Positions 55,157 through 64,000 of a DNA stretch of 64,000 bases are shown here, piece by piece; positions within the stretch are counted from its first letter, which is position 1, and every line of letters begins with the position of its first letter. Origin of the DNA: a virus (taxonomy: Duplodnaviria; Caudoviricetes); the IMG/VR virus record IMGVR_UViG_3300006151_000007, positions 1 through 64,000 of that record; one strand, 5' to 3'. Under the pieces are notes generated by a model. The model saw only the letters and a program-made list of their open reading frames with translations. It made no database searches and was not told the origin of the DNA. Both the position numbers and the translations under genes were made by a program.

Positions 55157-55777
55157 ATGAACGAACTGAAAGTGTTCAACTATGAGAGCAATGAGGTCCG
55201 CACCATCATGCGTGATGGGGAGCCGTGGTTCGTGCTCAAGGATGTGTGTATGGTGCTGGGCATTGCGAACCATAAGAATGTTGCGGCTAGGCTTGAGGAT
55301 GATGAAAAAGATGGGGTCCGTATGGCGGACCCCATCGGACGGATGCAGGATACGACCATCATCAACGAGTCGGGCCTGTACGACGTCATCCTCCGTTCTG
55401 ACAAGCCGGAAGCCAGGCCCTTCCGAAAGTGGGTGACGGGCACCGTCCTCCCGGCGATCCGTAAGACCGGCTCGTACAGCGCCGACGTCCTGACGGACGG
55501 AACGAAGGCCGCGCTTGCCGAAGCCAAAGCCAAAAACGCCCGGGCCCGCGTGGCTTCCATGTGGATGAAGCTGGCCAAGGAAAACCCCATCCCGGAGTAC
55601 AAGGCGATCTGTGCCCATTATGCCAGCGCGGAGCTGACCGGCGGGCAAGCGGTGCTCCCTCTCCCCGAGGCGACGGAGCGTACATACAGTGCCGCCGAGG
55701 TCGGAGAGCTGCTGGATGGCATAAGCGCCGATATAGTGGGGCGCATGGCGAACCAGGCCCCCGCGATCTTGATATGA
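55157..55777 (+). CDS. BRO-N antirepressor (C-terminus possibly truncated)
   Basis: INESGLYDVILRSDKPEA.PF.KWVT..VLP.IRKTGSY. Confidence 0.85.
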   Translation: MNELKVFNYESNEVRTIMRDGEPWFVLKDVCMVLGIANHKNVAARLEDDEKDGVRMADPIGRMQDTTIINESGLYDVILRSDKPEARPFRKWVTGTVLPAIRKTGSYSADVLTDGTKAALAEAKAKNARARVASMWMKLAKENPIPEYKAICAHYASAELTGGQAVLPLPEATERTYSAAEVGELLDGISADIVGRMANQAPAILI

Positions 55778-55813
55778 GGCGGGGGAGATATCGCATCCAA
55801 GAGAGGGAGATAC

Positions 55814-57226
55814 ATGGGCATCATCGAATGGGCGCTGAACAAGTTCGGCTACACGAAACAGGATAGAGTGACGATCCCTGCCGGGACCATCGAGAAGGAG
55901 TTCAGTGTGCTCCCTGCCGCCTCCCGGAAGATGGAGGACGCTATCGACCTCTGGTATTCCATGTATATCGACCACCCTCCCTGGGAGAGCTGCGATGTGC
56001 GGCCGCTGGGATTGCCGGGGGCCATCGGTCGGGAGCTGGCCCGTCATGCGTTGACGGAGTTCTCTGTGGCCGTGTCCGGCAGCGAAAGGGCGAAGTACAT
56101 CGACCGGCAGATGCAACTGGCGGTGGCAAGGTTCGGGATCGATCTGGAGCTGGGCCTCTGCCTGGGCGGGGTGTGCCTCAAGCCGTACCCGGAAGATGGC
56201 CGCATCTTGGTGGACGCTTTCACAACGCGCTTCACGCCGACCCGCTTCGATGGGGCCGGCAAGGCGATAGGCGGCGTGTTTGAGAGCAAACCTGTGCGCC
56301 AGGGAAAAGACTGGTTCGTCAAGCTGGAGTACCACGACTTCCAGATACGCGAGGATGGCAGCAAGGTCTACGTGGTGGAAAACAAAGCATTCCGCAGCGG
56401 ACGGGACGGCGGGATCGGTACTCAGGTCCCTCTCGATGCCATAAAGGAATGGGCAGGACTGGAGGAGCATAAGGAGATCGAAGGTCTGACCGGCCCGCTG
56501 TTCTCCTATTTCAAGCCGCCGATAGCCAATCGGGTGGAGCCAGATTCGCCTATGGGGGTCTCCGTGTATTCCGGAGCGGTGATGGACCTCATACGGGAAG
56601 CGGACCTGCAGTGGGAGCGTATCTGGTGGGAGTTCAAGAGCGGGGAGCGGAAGATCTTCTCAGATGCCACGCAGATCGATGCAGGACAGATCGGGGACCG
56701 CCTTTTCCTGAAAGGCTCTTTTACCAGGGATGGGAACCTGTTCGAGCAGTTCAGCCCGGAGCTGCGGAACACCGCGCTATATGACGGGCTCCAATATATC
56801 TTGAAGATCATCGAGTTCAATGTGGGGCTCGCTTTCGGAACGATCTCCGACCCGCAGTCCGTCAACAAGACGGCCACCGAGGAGATCATGACCAAACACC
56901 GGCAGTATGTGACGGAGGACTGCATCCAGAAAACGTTCCAGACGACATTGGACGATCTGATCTACGCTATGGACGCGTGGTGCGACCTGGCGCAGCTTGC
57001 TCCGGCTGGGGAGTACAGCGTGGGATACAACTGGGGCGACGGGGTCCTGGACGATCCTGAGACCAGACGGCAGGACATGGCCATGGGGCTCCAGCTCCTT
57101 CACGCCTCCGTTATTGGGCCGGTGGAATACCGTATGCGCTACTTCGGCGAAGACGAGGAGACCGCCCGGAAGATGCTGCCGGATATGGAAGATATGACGG
57201 ATGAGGAACAGGACGAGGTGGAGTAA
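55814..57226 (+). CDS. Portal protein (A118-like)
   Basis: Paralog of 4093-5499 along its full length. Confidence 0.9.
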   Translation: MGIIEWALNKFGYTKQDRVTIPAGTIEKEFSVLPAASRKMEDAIDLWYSMYIDHPPWESCDVRPLGLPGAIGRELARHALTEFSVAVSGSERAKYIDRQMQLAVARFGIDLELGLCLGGVCLKPYPEDGRILVDAFTTRFTPTRFDGAGKAIGGVFESKPVRQGKDWFVKLEYHDFQIREDGSKVYVVENKAFRSGRDGGIGTQVPLDAIKEWAGLEEHKEIEGLTGPLFSYFKPPIANRVEPDSPMGVSVYSGAVMDLIREADLQWERIWWEFKSGERKIFSDATQIDAGQIGDRLFLKGSFTRDGNLFEQFSPELRNTALYDGLQYILKIIEFNVGLAFGTISDPQSVNKTATEEIMTKHRQYVTEDCIQKTFQTTLDDLIYAMDAWCDLAQLAPAGEYSVGYNWGDGVLDDPETRRQDMAMGLQLLHASVIGPVEYRMRYFGEDEETARKMLPDMEDMTDEEQDEVE

Positions 57227-59035
57227 ATGCCGCGCTATCCGTTCAGCCCGGAGATATTGGATGCCCTCCCCGAAGAGCTGGCGGAGCTGTTCCGGGGCCT
57301 GGAACTGAAGCTGCTGGAAGAGATCTGCTCCAGGCTTCGTCTGGCCGGCGAGCTGAACGAGGTCACGGTCCAGGACGTCCGGGCTTTGCGCTCCCACGGC
57401 GTGGATCTGGAGGACATCAAGAGGGCCATCTCCAAGACGACCGGCGTCGGCATGGACAAGCTGGAGGCCCTGTTGGACGATGTAGTGGCGCGCAATCAAA
57501 GATACTACACATCGATGATCGATATCGCACAGGTGACTTTTCCGCAGAGGCTGGTGGACGAACGGGATATCGACGCTATCCGGCGACAGACTGTCGATGG
57601 ATTCACCAACCTCACCCGGTCCATGGGGTTCCTGGTACGGGACGGACGGCACAAGGTCATGCTTCCGCCAGCAAAGGCGTACCAGTGGGCCCTGGACAGC
57701 GCGGAGCTCCAGATACAGTCCGGGGCCATCAGCTACACCCAAGCCATCGGCGGGGCGGTCAAACAGTTGGCGGAGCGGGGGATGTGCGTCGCCTATGACG
57801 AAAGCGGGAACGTGCTCCCCAATCGGGTGGCCTATGAGAGCGGGCACATCGACCATCTGGACGTGGCCGTCCGGCGGGCGGTCATGACCGGCGTCAACCA
57901 GCTCAACCAGCAGTACCGGGAGCAGTCCATGGACTGTCTGGAGACGGACCTTGTGGAGGTCACGGCCCACTCCGGGGCACGGGACACGGACGGCCCCAAC
58001 GGCTGGGAGAACCATGCGGCGTGGCAGGGGAAGGTGTACCGCTGGAGCGCGAAGCCGAAGACCTCCAAAGGCGTCTACCCGGATTTTGCAAAGACCTGCG
58101 GATATGGGAGCGTTACCGGCATCGGCGGGGCCAACTGCCGCCATTCCTGGTGGCCGTTCGTCGAGGGCGTCAGCGAACGCGCCTACACGGACGGGGACCT
58201 CGCCGCCATCGACCCGGAGCCCTTCCGGTATGAGGGCCGCACCTACACTGCCTACCAGGCCACCCAGAAGCAGCGGGAGATCGAACGTACCGTGCGGAAG
58301 CTGGAGCGGACAAAGACCGCATACACTGCCGCGGGGCTCACCGGTCAGGCAGACGCCGCGAGCATCCGCCTGGGGCGGCTGAAGAAGGAGTACCGGAAGT
58401 TCAGTAGGGCCGCAGGGCTGAAGGAACAGCGAGAGCGGATGCGGGTGCTGGATAGAAGCGGAGCGGCCTCCCGTGGGCAGAGCGCAGGAAGCAGCGTTGC
58501 AGGCAGGCCGGGAAGACCGGTGCAGATCGGAACGGTGGATTTCTCCGACAAAAGGGCGGTTCTTACCCAGATGGATGCAGCGCAGAAAGAAACCGAACCG
58601 CTGGACTACGAGGTCAACCGCACCGTGACGGCGGACGGAAAGGTCTGGCGCGTTGTGGGCGAGGCCGGGGAAGTTCATCCGGAGAGTATTCCCAGCAGTC
58701 TGACTGGGTCCTACTCCTATCACAATCACCCGGCGGCACAAACCTGGTTCTCTTTCAGCGCAGAGGATGTGCGGTTCTTCTTCGAAAGTAGGCAGGCATA
58801 TTCCAAAGCATCTGATTATTTATATGAATATATCATGGAAAGAACACCGGATACTCTTGCAGTATCACCGGATGTGGTGTATCATAGGTTCAAAGAGATT
58901 TTCAAGACAGACGTTTTTCAACTTTCCGATGAAGGGAAGATCAATATTGACGAAGATGGGTTCCATGAAGTCATGCGGCGATTAAGCCGAGAATTTCGCT
59001 TTCAGTACAGGAGGGTAAAAACAAATGGCAGTTAA
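57227..59035 (+). CDS. Minor capsid protein, intact, with JAB-like C-terminal extension
   Basis: HSGAR...WQGKVY...GANCRH; C-terminal YHNHP....FSFSAEDV. Confidence 0.9.
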   Translation: MPRYPFSPEILDALPEELAELFRGLELKLLEEICSRLRLAGELNEVTVQDVRALRSHGVDLEDIKRAISKTTGVGMDKLEALLDDVVARNQRYYTSMIDIAQVTFPQRLVDERDIDAIRRQTVDGFTNLTRSMGFLVRDGRHKVMLPPAKAYQWALDSAELQIQSGAISYTQAIGGAVKQLAERGMCVAYDESGNVLPNRVAYESGHIDHLDVAVRRAVMTGVNQLNQQYREQSMDCLETDLVEVTAHSGARDTDGPNGWENHAAWQGKVYRWSAKPKTSKGVYPDFAKTCGYGSVTGIGGANCRHSWWPFVEGVSERAYTDGDLAAIDPEPFRYEGRTYTAYQATQKQREIERTVRKLERTKTAYTAAGLTGQADAASIRLGRLKKEYRKFSRAAGLKEQRERMRVLDRSGAASRGQSAGSSVAGRPGRPVQIGTVDFSDKRAVLTQMDAAQKETEPLDYEVNRTVTADGKVWRVVGEAGEVHPESIPSSLTGSYSYHNHPAAQTWFSFSAEDVRFFFESRQAYSKASDYLYEYIMERTPDTLAVSPDVVYHRFKEIFKTDVFQLSDEGKINIDEDGFHEVMRRLSREFRFQYRRVKTNGS

Positions 59036-59252
59036 TAAAGATCATCCCGATTACCCGGTATACTCAAGAAAGCATAAAGACTTGTGGGACGCGTATTTGA
59101 AACTGGAAGAGGAGGAGCTTGAAAAGTATCCTGAGTATCACGGACTGGACCATCCGGCCTGTGTCACGTTGCGGCCTTTTTATCGGAAGTTTAGTGAAGA
59201 TATCAAGGCCCTGCAAAAGGAATACGCGTATCTATTTACGGAGGAGAAATAG
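59025..59252 (+). CDS. 75-aa candidate immunity protein
   Basis: Overlaps the toxin-domain stop; GGAGG RBS; lower GC. Confidence 0.6.
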   Translation: MAVNKDHPDYPVYSRKHKDLWDAYLKLEEEELEKYPEYHGLDHPACVTLRPFYRKFSEDIKALQKEYAYLFTEEK

Positions 59253-59302
59253 CATCAACACACTGCAAACCGTGAATATCTAGCGTCATAGAAATGAATA
59301 TG

Positions 59303-59356
59303 GAGCGCCAAGAGCCATCAGCTGCCGGGAACCCCCGGTTTCTGATGGCTCTTTTG
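59303..59356 (+). promoter_or_regulatory. GAGCC-type hairpin before the scaffold gene
   Basis: GAGCGCCAAGAGCCATCAG...CTGATGGCTCTTTT. Confidence 0.6.
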
Positions 59357-59369
59357 TTGGGAGGATACC

Positions 59370-59483
59370 ATGACCGATCTGTATTTCAAGATGAAGATCA
59401 TCGCATGGGCCGCAAAGGTTCCCCTGGTTATAATCATCGCGGTTTGCTGCCTGATCGCGTTTATCATCGACAAACGACGGTAA
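59370..59483 (+). CDS. 37-aa TM peptide
   Basis: GGGAGG RBS; hydrophobic core and a KRR tail. Confidence 0.55.
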   Translation: MTDLYFKMKIIAWAAKVPLVIIIAVCCLIAFIIDKRR

Positions 59484-59555
59484 AATCCGCTGCGGCGGTT
59501 TTATGCAAATTTTGACGGCCCGGCGTCGCAAAAATTCCGGGCAAAGGGAGGTATC

Positions 59556-60200
59556 ATGACACGCGAGTTTCTGAAAAACCTCGGTCTGGAGGACTCCGTC
59601 ATTGACAAGATTCTGGCTGAGAACACCCAGGACGTCAACCAGGAGAAGGCCCAGACCACCACCGCCCAGACCGCTCTGGCGGACACCCAAGGCAAGCTCA
59701 CCGCCGCGAGCGAGGAGCTGGAGAAGCTGAAAAATGCCGGCGGCGATGGCGATGCAGCTGGTATCAAGAAGCAGCTCTCCGAGCTCCAGGAGAAGTACAA
59801 GACCGACATTGCCGAGCGCGACGCCAAACTGGCGGACCGGGACTACTCCGACGCCATCACCCGGGCCATCTCCGGCAGGGCGCTGAAATTCTCCAGCAAG
59901 GCGGCGGAGCGGGATTTCATCGCCCGCGTCAAGGAGAAGAAGCTGGAGCTGACGGACGGGGAGCTCACGGGCCTGGACGACTTCATCAAGGCCCAGCGGG
60001 AGGCGGACCCGGACGCCTTTGCCCCCGACAAGGCGTCCCCGCGCTTCATCACCGGAGGCGGCGGCGGGCACGGCGCTCCCGGCGGTGGCGGGACGAAAAC
60101 ACCGGCGGAGCTGATGGCGGAGGCCATCGGCAAGGCCAACGCGGAGAGCGGCAAAGCCGCCAATGACATCATTTCTGCTTATACAGGAGGGAAATCGTAA
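59556..60200 (+). CDS. Capsid scaffolding protein
   Basis: Paralog of 8714-9340. Confidence 0.85.
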   Translation: MTREFLKNLGLEDSVIDKILAENTQDVNQEKAQTTTAQTALADTQGKLTAASEELEKLKNAGGDGDAAGIKKQLSELQEKYKTDIAERDAKLADRDYSDAITRAISGRALKFSSKAAERDFIARVKEKKLELTDGELTGLDDFIKAQREADPDAFAPDKASPRFITGGGGGHGAPGGGGTKTPAELMAEAIGKANAESGKAANDIISAYTGGKS

Positions 60201-60532
60201 TGGCACTTGAAGCGATGGGGTACAAAACCAAAACCGTCAGCGCGGATGTGGAGATCCTCTACAACAGCGAGTTCGTGGGGGACGCCATAACGCTGGACGC
60301 CGCCTCCTTCACGGACGGCGTGTGCAAGGCCGGCACGCCGATGGCCGCAAAGGGGACCAAGGCTGCGGGGGCGGACGCGTTCGGCATCCTGCTCCACGAC
60401 GTGGACCAGAAGCGCCCCCAGGGCACGGTGGTCGTCGGCGGCTACATCAATACCGCTGCGGCGGAGGCCCACTCCGGCGTGACCATCAGCGAGGCGGTCA
60501 AGGCCGCGCTGAAGAACGTTGTATTTATGTGA
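60200..60532 (+). CDS. Head decoration protein
   Basis: CKAGTPM and GILLHDVD. Confidence 0.75.
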   Translation: MALEAMGYKTKTVSADVEILYNSEFVGDAITLDAASFTDGVCKAGTPMAAKGTKAAGADAFGILLHDVDQKRPQGTVVVGGYINTAAAEAHSGVTISEAVKAALKNVVFM

Positions 60533-60548
60533 CGAGGAGGAAAAGAAC

Positions 60549-61781
60549 ATGAGGCTGACTGAAATCTACAGCGCGAAGGCGATTGCCATCCAGCAGACGG
60601 AGGCCGCCGGCAACCGGCAGGCGTATTTCGGCGAGGGCCTGTTCCCGCCCAGGAAGAAGATGGGCCTGGACCTGAAGTGGATCAAGACCCACAAGGGCCT
60701 GCCCGTGTCCCTGGCGCCGTCCAACTTCGACGCGAAGTCCACCCTGCGCAGCCGGGAGGGCATCAAGATGGACGAGACCCAGATGGCCTTCTTCCGGGAG
60801 TCCATGCTGGTCAAGGAGGAGGACGAGCAGAACATCATGCGGGTGCGGGAGGCCAGCGACCCCTACGCCCTGGAGGTCCTGAACCATGTCTACGACGACA
60901 CCAACACCCTGGTGGAGGGCGCGCGGGTCGTGGCGGAGCGGATGCGGATGCAGCTTCTCGCACCCGTGGACGATGGCTCCCCCCGGATCAACATCGAGGC
61001 AAACGGCGTCCAGTACTCCTACAACTACGATGCCGGCGGCACCTACCAGAGCGGCCATTACCGGGCCCTGACCGGCACGGCCCAGTGGAGCGACCTCGCC
61101 AACAGCGACCCCCTGAGCGACGTGATGAGCGCCCAGGACGCCGTGGAGGCCGAGACTGGCACCCGGCCCTCCATGCTGCTCCTGAGCAAGAAGACCATGG
61201 GCTACCTCAAGAAGAACGTGAAGGTCCGCTCCGCCATTCTCGCCCAGAACGTCACGGCCAACGTCCTGGTGACAGACGCCCGGGTGACGGAGCTCTTCAG
61301 CACGGAGCTGGGCATCCGCCTCGTTGTCTACACCAAGAAGTACAAGGACGAGACCGGTACGACCCACCAGTTCTATCCGGACGATATGGTCACCCTCCTG
61401 CCGGACGGCGCCCTGGGCAGTACCTGGTACGGCACCACGCCCGAGGAGCGCACTCTGCTGGGCAGCGGCAAGGCGGATGTGGCGATCGTGGACACCGGCA
61501 TCGCCGTGGCGGTCAGCGTCACCATTGATCCCGTGAACACCAAGACCACAGTCTCCGAGATCGTGCTGCCCTCCTACGAGCGCATGGACGAGACCTTTGT
61601 GATCAAGGTCGCCGGCGACACATCTACTGCCGCCCTGTCCGATGTTCCCAATGAGCAGGACGATCTCGACAGTATGACGAAGGACGAACTGCTCGCCTAC
61701 GCCAACGCGCACAACATCAGCGGCGTCAGCGCCTCCATGAACAAGGCGGATATCCTGTCCGCGATCAAGGCCGCGAGCTGA
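60549..61781 (+). CDS. Major capsid protein with HeH-like C-terminal extension
   Basis: Paralog of 9708; extra DLDSMTKDELLAYANAHNISGVSASMNKADIL. Confidence 0.9.
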   Translation: MRLTEIYSAKAIAIQQTEAAGNRQAYFGEGLFPPRKKMGLDLKWIKTHKGLPVSLAPSNFDAKSTLRSREGIKMDETQMAFFRESMLVKEEDEQNIMRVREASDPYALEVLNHVYDDTNTLVEGARVVAERMRMQLLAPVDDGSPRINIEANGVQYSYNYDAGGTYQSGHYRALTGTAQWSDLANSDPLSDVMSAQDAVEAETGTRPSMLLLSKKTMGYLKKNVKVRSAILAQNVTANVLVTDARVTELFSTELGIRLVVYTKKYKDETGTTHQFYPDDMVTLLPDGALGSTWYGTTPEERTLLGSGKADVAIVDTGIAVAVSVTIDPVNTKTTVSEIVLPSYERMDETFVIKVAGDTSTAALSDVPNEQDDLDSMTKDELLAYANAHNISGVSASMNKADILSAIKAAS

Positions 61782-61798
61782 GAAAGGAGGCCCGCCGG

Positions 61799-62221
61799 AT
61801 GGCTTACGCTGACTACGATTTTTACCTGAACGAGTACCTCGGGGACGCGATCACCGGGGAGGACTTCCCGCGGCTCTCCCAGCGGGCCTCCGACTACATC
61901 AGATCGGCCACCAAGGGCCTCTCCGACAGGGCGGACGGCTTGCAGTTGGAGGCCGTGAAAAAGTGCGCCTGCGCCATTGCGGACATCCTGCTGGACGAGA
62001 GCATCATGACGGCAAGCGCGTTCAGCGGGGAGCAGGCGGTCTCCAGCGAGACGGTGGGGGGCTGGTCCAGGAGCTACCGCGCCCCTTCCGTCTCCTCCGC
62101 TGAGGTGTCATACCTCGCCGGGCGGAAGCGGGAGGCCCTGCTGCTGTACCTGGGGGAGCTCCCGGCCTTCGCCGGTATTTTCAAAGTGAGGTCGTACCCA
62201 TGCCCGCACCGAAGAGGCTGA
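61799..62221 (+). CDS. Head-tail connector
   Basis: Paralog of 10847. Confidence 0.8.
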   Translation: MAYADYDFYLNEYLGDAITGEDFPRLSQRASDYIRSATKGLSDRADGLQLEAVKKCACAIADILLDESIMTASAFSGEQAVSSETVGGWSRSYRAPSVSSAEVSYLAGRKREALLLYLGELPAFAGIFKVRSYPCPHRRG

Positions 62222-62736
62222 GCCGCCCCCGGCGGCTGAACGCGTCCCCAGCGGCGGGGATGTTCCCCCACGCGGTCACGCTTTACAACGTGGCCGTCAG
62301 GACCGGCAGGGGGACGGTCAGGAGCACGGTGGAAAGCAGCGTCACCCTCCTGCGGGGCGTGTTCCTGGACGCCTCCAGGGGGGCGGACCCGGACCGGAAC
62401 GGCCTGGAGGGCGCGGACGGGGCGGTCCTGTACGTGCCCTCCGGCGTGGAGGCCGTGGACGCGGTGACCGGGGAGCCGAAAGCGTACCTGCCGCCGGTGG
62501 AGTTCTGGAGCGCGGGAGATAAAAGCGGCTTTTGGACCCTGGCGGCCAGCAGCCGGAGCGCCCCCGGCAGGGGCTTTACCTTTTTCGTGAAGGGCCTTGC
62601 CCCTCCTCCGGAGGGTACGTCTCCGGAGGAGGTGCGGGGGCGGCTGGAGGCGCTGTACGACCAGGTGTACCACGTCTCCAGGATCAAAGAGCGGAATTTC
62701 GGAGGACTGGCCCACTGGGAGATCGGAGGGGTGTGA
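62200..62736 (+). CDS. Head closure/neck protein
   Basis: Paralog of 11245. Confidence 0.7.
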   Translation: MPAPKRLSRPRRLNASPAAGMFPHAVTLYNVAVRTGRGTVRSTVESSVTLLRGVFLDASRGADPDRNGLEGADGAVLYVPSGVEAVDAVTGEPKAYLPPVEFWSAGDKSGFWTLAASSRSAPGRGFTFFVKGLAPPPEGTSPEEVRGRLEALYDQVYHVSRIKERNFGGLAHWEIGGV

Positions 62737-62746
62737 GAAGGCCGGT

Positions 62747-63160
62747 TTGACATTCAAAGTGGAAACAAGGGGCTTCGGAGATATCGCCCGGAGGATGGCC
62801 CAGGCCGCGCCTGGGGTGAAGCATACCCTCGCGGTCCAGATGGCGAAGGACACGGAGCCGTATGTCCCCGCGCGGACGAAGTCCTTTGCCGGCCGGACGC
62901 AGGTGGACGGCGACACCATCATCTACCCCGGCCCCTATGCCCGGTTCCTCTACAGGGGGAAGCTGATGATCGACCCCAGGACCGGCAGTCCCTTCGCGAC
63001 AAAGGGGGCGACCAAGATCGTCACGGGCAGGGACCTGGATATCAGCACGGCGGTCCATAGCAAGGCCCAGGACCACTGGTTCGAGGCATCCAAGGCCCAG
63101 AACATGAGGAAATGGGAGCGAGTAGCAGGGAGGGCAATGCGGCATGAGTTCGGAAGATAG
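62747..63160 (+). CDS. Neck protein
   Basis: IIYPGPYARFLYRGK; paralog of 11780; start uncertain. Confidence 0.7.
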   Translation: MTFKVETRGFGDIARRMAQAAPGVKHTLAVQMAKDTEPYVPARTKSFAGRTQVDGDTIIYPGPYARFLYRGKLMIDPRTGSPFATKGATKIVTGRDLDISTAVHSKAQDHWFEASKAQNMRKWERVAGRAMRHEFGR

Positions 63161-63620
63161 GACCATTGAATTTGTCTCCGCTTTTGAGGAGGCGGGAATC
63201 TCCAGAAACCTTTTGGATTGGCTGAACAAGTGGCTGGAGGCGCAGGCGGACATCCCCTTTTCCATTGATTTCATTGACTATGAGTTCATGGAGGACGAGA
63301 CGCCCGGCATGGCGATGTCCCTTGTCCAGAGCGCCTATATCGTAGAGCGGTTCATCAACGGGGCATACACAGCGGACTATCAGTTCAAGATCATCTACAG
63401 GACGGCTCCGGATACCCCGGAGGCCCGGCTGAGCGCGGACGAGCTCCTGGACGGGCTCGCACAGTGGGCCGCGGGGCAGAAGCCGGATATCGGCGACGGT
63501 CTGGAGGTCCAGGAGATCGAGCAGGTCACTCCCGCCGCCCTCTTCGCCCGGATGGCGGGGGGCTGGGAGGACCATCAAATATTCATGCGGATGACCTATC
63601 AGGTCCATCCCGGAAAGTGA
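63144..63620 (+). CDS. Tail terminator-like protein
   Basis: Paralog of 12216. Confidence 0.65.
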   Translation: MSSEDRTIEFVSAFEEAGISRNLLDWLNKWLEAQADIPFSIDFIDYEFMEDETPGMAMSLVQSAYIVERFINGAYTADYQFKIIYRTAPDTPEARLSADELLDGLAQWAAGQKPDIGDGLEVQEIEQVTPAALFARMAGGWEDHQIFMRMTYQVHPGK

Positions 63621-63627
63621 GGAAACT

Positions 63628-64000
63628 ATGGCAGAAAAAAGAAGCGCGTTCCTTCTCTTCATCAACACGGCGAAGGGGACCGGCGCGGGAACCTACGCCC
63701 TGGTCGGCGACGGCGTCACGGAGCTGACGATCTCCTACAACCCTCAGACCAGCACAGAGCAGTACATCCACCAGGACACGGCCACCACGGAAATGACCGG
63801 CTACCAGCCCAATGCCCCTGTTACCTCCCAGGTGGTCAAGGGGGACCAGGCCTTTGAATTCATCAACGATATGCGCAGGCGTCTCCCCATTGGCAGCGAC
63901 GCCCATACGGATATCGTTATGGTGGATGTCTTCGAGACCGCATCCTCCGGCAGCTACCCTGCTACGAGGCAGCCGGTCTCCATCCAGATCGACAGCTACG
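63628..64000 (+). CDS. Major tail protein (runs off the window)
   Basis: MAEKRSAFLLFINT...GDGVTELTISYNPQT; synteny. Confidence 0.7.
   Translation, partial: MAEKRSAFLLFINTAKGTGAGTYALVGDGVTELTISYNPQTSTEQYIHQDTATTEMTGYQPNAPVTSQVVKGDQAFEFINDMRRRLPIGSDAHTDIVMVDVFETASSGSYPATRQPVSIQIDSY

Larger units (their letters stand above)
53393..55248 (+). repeat. About 120-bp direct repeat pair (53393-53513 and 55129-55248)
   Basis: Near-identical RBS plus start of a BRO gene (MNELKVFNYESNEVRTIMRDGEPWFVLKDVC). Confidence 0.9.
37605..64000 (+). mobile_element. Prophage 2 (siphovirus, right part outside window)
   Basis: Integrase, repressor, recombination and replication genes, then a second full set of terminase, portal, capsid and neck genes. 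Confidence 0.9.

Noticed and set aside
56777-58741. Long minus-strand ORFs such as this 654-aa one (also 2842-4026, 54983-56470, 60525-61712)
   Set aside because: Antisense shadows of GC-rich genes with no motifs or RBS
1-64000. tRNA, rRNA, IS elements
   Set aside because: No cloverleaf, rRNA or transposase signature recognised by eye; a tRNAscan/Infernal run would be needed to exclude them

Overview
The whole 64 kb is phage DNA with no host housekeeping genes. It holds two related but distinct GC-rich siphovirus prophages of a Firmicutes host, with gene content typical of gut Oscillospiraceae/Clostridia phages (inferred). They are joined head-to-tail at about 37.6 kb. Prophage 1 (1-37604) shows late-early genes, packaging, head, tail and lysis. 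It ends in about 8 kb of mostly lower-GC cargo (ImmA/IrrE + DUF4411 pair, membrane Mrr-like nuclease, lipoprotein, antirepressor operon, dCTP deaminase) and an unexplained 7-gene operon. Prophage 2 (37605-64000) runs from a large serine integrase and repressor through recombination, replication, packaging and head genes, and is cut off in the major tail gene. The best leads are: (1) the 7-gene operon of a papain-like peptidase candidate plus prion-like, Gly/Cys-rich and Arg-repeat proteins; (2) a minor capsid gene split by an HNH gene, with a 10-nt TAG-TAA-TGA insertion, a JAB-like toxin tail and tandem paralogous immunity candidates; (3) a circularly permuted C5 methyltransferase with a nested second gene; (4) SinI-like helical peptides around the repressor; (5) a Zn-finger plus GAGCC-repeat hairpin before the scaffold genes. 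All family assignments come from motif recognition by eye; no searches were run.
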